From: Tolypothrix carrinoi HA7290-LM1 | GTDB taxonomy: Bacteria > Cyanobacteriota > Cyanobacteriia > Cyanobacteriales > Nostocaceae | Assembly (NCBI GenBank): GCA_019358935.1 | Contig: JAHHIK010000183.1 | Coordinates: forward strand, 1 to 10,270 | Reading direction: 5' to 3' | DNA: 10,270 nt | In this document: positions 7,420-10,270 of the stretch, one piece after another | Layout: each line of letters begins with the position of its first letter | Numbering within the stretch: the stretch's first letter is position 1 | Notes under the pieces: generated by a model | Databases searched by the model: none | What the model saw: only the letters and a program-made list of their open reading frames with translations | What the model was told of the DNA's origin: nothing | Translations under genes and position numbers: made by a program

Positions 7420-7493
7420 CCCCCGGTAGCTCAGTTGGTAGTAGCGTCTGTCTGAAGAACAGAAGGTCGTCGGTTCGATTCCGACCTGGGGGG
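7420..7493 (+). tRNA. trnF: tRNA-Phe(GAA)
   Basis: CCCCCGG/CTGGGGG, TCTGT-CT-GAA-GA-ACAGA; unusual G73 and an extra nucleotide in the D arm. Confidence 0.82.
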
Positions 7494-7499
7494 CTTCGT

Positions 7500-7574
7500 T
7501 GCCCCATAGCTCAATGGTAGAGCGAGCGGCTGTTAACCGCGAGGTTGTAGGTTCGAGTCCTACTGGGGCAGCCA
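7500..7574 (+). tRNA. trnN: tRNA-Asn(GUU), CCA encoded
   Basis: TGCCCCA/TGGGGCA, G73-CCA, loop CT-GTT-AA. Confidence 0.92.
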
Positions 7575-7584
7575 TTTATCTCAT

Positions 7585-7660
7585 TGCCGGGTGGACAAAT
7601 TGGTAAAGTCACCTGGAGAAAGAAACAGGGGTTTTGCAGGTTCAAGCCCTGCCCCGGCAG
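7585..7660 (+). pseudogene. tRNA pseudogene, Gln-like body with corrupted anticodon loop
   Basis: TGCCGGG/CCCGGCA (U1-A72, G73), D and T arms intact, anticodon arm CCTG-GAGAAAGAAA-CAGG all purine with no U33. Confidence 0.65.
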
Positions 7661-7728
7661 CGATTTTCGATTTTGTAAGTTTAGTATTGTACCGCTAACA
7701 TCCAAAATTTTTGGTTAGCGGCATCTAT

Positions 7729-7804
7729 TGGGGAGTAGGCGACGTTGGCGATCGCCACCTGATTTTGGATCAGGATCTCGCGGGTTCGATTCCTGCCTCC
7801 CCAG
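7729..7804 (+). tRNA. trnQ: tRNA-Gln(UUG)
   Basis: TGGGGAG/CTCCCCA, G73, CCTGA-TT-TTG-GA-TCAGG; HIP1 in the D arm. Confidence 0.85.
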
Positions 7805-7833
7805 TTTCTGCTTTCATAAAGCAGCTAAATTAT

Positions 7834-7907
7834 GCTCCTGTAGCCCAACTGGTAGAGGCTGCCGTCTCAAAAACGGTAGGTTGTGAGTTCGAGTCTCACC
7901 AGGAGTA
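7834..7907 (+). tRNA. trnL: tRNA-Leu(CAA), short variable region
   Basis: GCTCCTG/CAGGAGT, A73, GCCGT-CT-CAA-AA-ACGGT. Confidence 0.85.
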
Positions 7908-7921
7908 GCAATTTTTACTTT

Positions 7922-7996
7922 GCTCTTGTAGCCCAATTGGTAGAGGTGGCAGATTTAAAATCTGTTTATGTGTGGGTTCGAGTCCCACCAAGAGCA
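7922..7996 (+). tRNA. trnL: tRNA-Leu(UAA), short variable region, no intron
   Basis: GCTCTTG/CAAGAGC, A73, GCAGA-TT-TAA-AA-TCTGT. Confidence 0.85.
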
Positions 7997-8000
7997 TCAA

Positions 8001-8073
8001 CGGGGTGTAGCGCAGCTGGCAGCGCGCCTGCTTTGGGAGCAGGATGTCGCAGGTTCAAATCCTGTCACCCCGA
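8001..8073 (+). tRNA. trnP: tRNA-Pro(UGG)
   Basis: CGGGGTG/CACCCCG, A73, CCTGC-TT-TGG-GA-GCAGG. Confidence 0.93.
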
Positions 8074-8080
8074 TCGCTTT

Positions 8081-8154
8081 ACTCCCGTAACCCAACTGGC
8101 AGAGGTGTCAGGTTGAGAGCCTGATTAGTACCAGTTCAAATCTGGTCGGGAGTA
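8081..8154 (+). tRNA. trnL: tRNA-Leu(GAG), short variable region
   Basis: ACTCCCG/CGGGAGT, A73, TCAGG-TT-GAG-AG-CCTGA. Confidence 0.82.
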
Positions 8155-8162
8155 TTAATTAT

Positions 8163-8236
8163 ACCTCCATAGCCCAACGGTAGAGGCGCTGTGTTCAGAA
8201 CGCAGTTACGTGTCGGTTCAAATCTGACTGGAGGTA
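8163..8236 (+). tRNA. trnL: tRNA-Leu(CAG), short variable region
   Basis: ACCTCCA/TGGAGGT, A73, CTGTG-TT-CAG-AA-CGCAG. Confidence 0.82.
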
Positions 8237-8244
8237 TCTATTAA

Positions 8245-8319
8245 GCCCCTGTAGCCCAATTGGAAGAGGCTCTAAGCTTAGAACTTAGATGTTTACTGGT
8301 TCAAGTCCAGTCAGGGGTA
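8245..8319 (+). tRNA. trnL: tRNA-Leu(UAG), short variable region
   Basis: GCCCCTG/CAGGGGT, A73, CTAAG-CT-TAG-AA-CTTAG. Confidence 0.85.
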
Positions 8320-8328
8320 TTGGTGCGA

Positions 8329-8407
8329 TGCGGGTGAAGTAGCCACGGTAGGCTTGGAGGTCTCATAAGCCTCTTTTTAGCAGGTTCAATTCCTGCCCCC
8401 GCCACCA
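8329..8407 (+). tRNA. tRNA with CAU anticodon (Met/fMet/Ile2 undetermined), irregular 5' half, CCA encoded
   Basis: GAGGT-CT-CAT-AA-GCCTC, T arm GCAGG-TTCAATT-CCTGC, 3' CCCCGCC-A-CCA; 5' strand TGCGGGT pairs only partly. Confidence 0.6.
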
Positions 8408-8417
8408 AAAAAAGCGT

Positions 8418-8494
8418 GCTGGTGTAGCTCAATCTGGCAGAGCAACCGCCTTGTAAGCGGTAGGTTGCAGGTTCAACTCCTGTCACCAGCCCCA
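8418..8494 (+). tRNA. trnT: tRNA-Thr(UGU), CCA encoded
   Basis: GCTGGTG/CACCAGC, ACCGC-CT-TGT-AA-GCGGT. Confidence 0.93.
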
Positions 8495-8553
8495 GAATTT
8501 CGCCATCTGCGTGCGGCTATGCCAAATTTGTATAGTCGATTGAGGAGTGTAAT

Positions 8554-9189
8554 ATGGCTGTAATAACTGTTACTGATGCTTTGGCAGAATTGACGCTGCT
8601 GCAAAAGCGCATCGAATCTACGAGAGCGGCTTTAGAAAACAATACTTTAATAACTGTTGTTGAAGTCGGCAAAGTTCCTACTGGCTTTAAATCCAGAGAG
8701 GAATACGAAGTCAATGCTAAAGCACTTGTGCAAAGAGTTCAAGCATTGCTTGACAGAAGACGAGCGATTAAAAGAGCAATCGTAGTTTCCAATGCTTCTA
8801 CTCGCGTGACAGTTGCAGGAGAGGAGATGACGGTAGCAGAAGCGATTGAAATGAAAAATTTCATCGACTATTACGAGGCAATTCTCGATACTATGCAGTC
8901 AGCTTACACTCAAACTCGCAATCAATACGAGAAAGCGCAGGCGAAAATTAAAGAAAGACTGGATAAACTGGCTTTAGAGGTTTTGGGAAAAAATGAAGCT
9001 GTAAATTCTGACCAATATCAGTCTTTGGTTGATAGCTTTATGGCAAGAGAAGGTGTGGAATTGTTAGATCCGACTAATATCTCTAAAGAAATAGAAAGAC
9101 GAATGACATTTATTGAAGAGTTCAAATCGACATGCGATCGCGTACTTTCCATCAGCAATGCCACGACAACTGTAGAAATCCCAGATTAG
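8554..9189 (+). CDS. Hypothetical helical/coiled-coil protein embedded in the tRNA array
   Basis: 211 aa, GAGGAG RBS at 8542-8547; two related motifs ITVTDALAEL and MTVAEAIEMK, plus AIVVSNAST and SISNATTTVEI; resemblance to DIP1984-like proteins is by eye only. Confidence 0.88.
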   Translation: MAVITVTDALAELTLLQKRIESTRAALENNTLITVVEVGKVPTGFKSREEYEVNAKALVQRVQALLDRRRAIKRAIVVSNASTRVTVAGEEMTVAEAIEMKNFIDYYEAILDTMQSAYTQTRNQYEKAQAKIKERLDKLALEVLGKNEAVNSDQYQSLVDSFMAREGVELLDPTNISKEIERRMTFIEEFKSTCDRVLSISNATTTVEIPD

Positions 9190-9198
9190 AATAATACT

Positions 9199-9428
9199 TG
9201 CTGGTCACTCGAAAATCTCTGAATTTATGGACTGCCTGAAAAGGCAACGAACTTAGGATTCGTCTCTAACTTTAAAGCTCAAAGGTTAACGCTCATCGCT
9301 TAAACCTTAACGCTCAAAGTTTAACTTGTTAAAGTTCAAATTTTAAAGCCTAAAGTTCGATGAAATCCAGGATGACGGTTTTAGGTTCCATAAAGCCTTG
9401 GGGTTTCCACCTGGCTGAGTGGTCAGCA
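9199..9428 (+). ncRNA. Candidate structured ncRNA with an internal heptamer-repeat tract
   Basis: 13-bp closing stem 9199-9211/9416-9428; TTTATGGA/TCCATAAA 9224-9231/9387-9394; GAAA-tetraloop hairpin 9233-9246; hairpin 9247-9263; CCAGG/CCTGG 9367-9371/9410-9414. Confidence 0.7.
9268..9359 (+). repeat. 13 degenerate tandem heptamer units (consensus AAGYTYA)
   Basis: AACTTTA AAGCTCA AAGGTTA ACGCTCA TCGCTTA AACCTTA ACGCTCA AAGTTTA ACTTGTTA AAGTTCA AATTTTA AAGCCTA AAGTTCG. Confidence 0.85.
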
Positions 9429-9447
9429 TTTTAAAGCTTTTAACTAT

Positions 9448-9518
9448 GCGAATGTGGTGTAGCGGTAGCATGTGAGTCTTCCAAACTCTTGGCACGAGTT
9501 CGAGCCTCGTCATTCGCT
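9448..9518 (+). tRNA. trnG: tRNA-Gly(UCC)
   Basis: GCGAATG/CATTCGC, U73, loop CT-TCC-AA. Confidence 0.9.
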
Positions 9519-9523
9519 TTAAT

Positions 9524-9599
9524 AGTCTTGTAGCTTCAACGGTAGAGCATTTGCATACTGAAGAGCAAGTGGTTGCAAGTTCGATTCTTGTCAGGACTA
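9524..9599 (+). pseudogene. tRNA pseudogene (possibly ex-Val) with 10-nt anticodon loop
   Basis: AGTCTTG/CAGGACT, A73, T arm GCAAG-TTCGATT-CTTGT; anticodon arm TTTGC-ATACTGAAGA-GCAAG. Confidence 0.6.
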
Positions 9600-9609
9600 T
9601 TAATTTTAT

Positions 9610-9683
9610 GGGGTCATAGCTCAATTGGCTAGAGCGCCTGCCTTGCAAGCAGGAGGTTATGGGTTCGATTCCCATTGATTCCA
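9610..9683 (+). tRNA. trnA: tRNA-Ala(UGC)
   Basis: GGGGTCA/TGATTCC with G3-U70, A73, CCTGC-CT-TGC-AA-GCAGG. Confidence 0.92.
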
Positions 9684-9749
9684 CTTAGTTTTAGGTACAA
9701 GTAGTCGAGTCACTGTAAAATTATTTTACTTGCTTGACCACTAAAGCCA

Positions 9750-9929
9750 ATGACTAAAAAACAACGCGTATATATCAAAGAAGTTTTAGAAGCTGCTGTA
9801 CGTGAATCAAAAAGTATCAGTGAAGTAGCGAGGAGACTTGGAATTTCAGATAGAGGAGGAAACAGGAAAACAATAAAAACAGGACTTACGCAACTGGCAC
9901 ATTGCGATCGCCAATTAGTAGTAATTTAG
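9750..9929 (+). pseudogene. N-terminal fragment of a tRNA-associated HNH endonuclease, truncated by an IS at 9879
   Basis: My translation MTKKQRVYIKEVLEAAVRESKSISEVARRLGISDRGGNRKTIK resembles the helical N-terminus of HNH proteins found next to tRNA genes; the frame then runs into the IS end; no HNH core present. Confidence 0.6.
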
Positions 9930-10146
9930 TACTAGAAACAAGTATTTCTGAAATCAGCCCTTTTTAGAATTGTTGATAGAAATGAATCAAGTAGATTCCG
10001 GGAAAAATTTTATGAGACAATAAGTAGAGGGTGCATAAAAAAATTAGTTAGCAATGAAATTTACTAAACTTAATTATTGTCAATATTTACTTAGTAGTCA
10101 AATTAACTATACAATGACTAATTTAGCAGAGCACTTAGAAAATATT
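9879..10146 (+). mobile_element. IS701-family element, left part
   Basis: End sequence ACAGGACTTACGCAACTGGCACA followed by a transposase start at 10054. Confidence 0.7.
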
Positions 10147-10218
10147 ACAGGACTTACGCAACTGGCACAAGCAATGGCGCGGCTGCGCCGCGCCGAGCGC
10201 CTAAAAACTAAACTATAG
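10054..10218 (+). pseudogene. IS701-family transposase N-terminal fragment
   Basis: MKFTKLNYCQYLLSSQINYTMTNLAEHLENI, typical of cyanobacterial IS701 transposases; interrupted after codon 31. Confidence 0.75.
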
Positions 10219-10270
10219 ACATAACAATGTCCGGACGTTTTAGTTGCTCGATTAGATAATTGGAAAGTAA
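10147..10270. mobile_element. Second, nested IS/MITE end running out of the window
   Basis: 23-bp exact copy (10147-10169) of the end at 9879-9901, followed by different internal sequence. Confidence 0.7.

Larger units (their letters stand above)
6578..9683 (+). other. Long tRNA gene array (L-array / trn operon) with 24 tRNA or tRNA-like units
   Basis: Closely spaced cloverleaves, all on the plus strand, downstream of one promoter; CCA encoded in only three units. Confidence 0.95.

Noticed and set aside
7922..7996. Group I intron in tRNA-Leu(UAA)
   Set aside because: The anticodon loop is uninterrupted
6675..8486. Short ORFs over the tRNA array (6675-6926, 6754-7023, 7511-7705, 7711-7908, 7883-8116, 8301-8486) and 9343-9684
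   Set aside because: They overlap clear tRNA cloverleaves and read as typical tRNA shadow translations
9268..9359. CRISPR array interpretation of the repeat tract
   Set aside because: Units are 7 nt, degenerate and without spacers; no cas genes in the window

Overview
Filamentous cyanobacterial (Nostocales-like) DNA: 11 HIP1 octamers (GCGATCGC), heptamer tandem repeats and small dispersed palindromes. Left part, minus strand: a SRPBCC/START cyclase gene and a two-GAF histidine-kinase-like gene whose H-box His is replaced by Asp. Centre: a ribbon-helix-helix repressor (TrcR-like) transcribed divergently from a structured leader with a terminator/antiterminator pair, an HNH nuclease and an Alr0857-like gene. 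Right part: a long tRNA array (24 tRNA or tRNA-like units, 6578-9683) with a sigma70 promoter covered by 11-bp-phased TGTA(G/A)TAT boxes and an rrn-type boxA. Inside the array sits a cassette made of a 211-aa helical protein gene and a directly following ~230-nt candidate ncRNA with a 13-bp closing stem, nested helices, a possible pseudoknot and 13 degenerate heptamer units; this is the most novel-looking element. The array ends in an HNH-like fragment cut by an IS701-type element, whose transposase is itself cut by a second insertion with the same end. All calls were made by eye; no searches were run.
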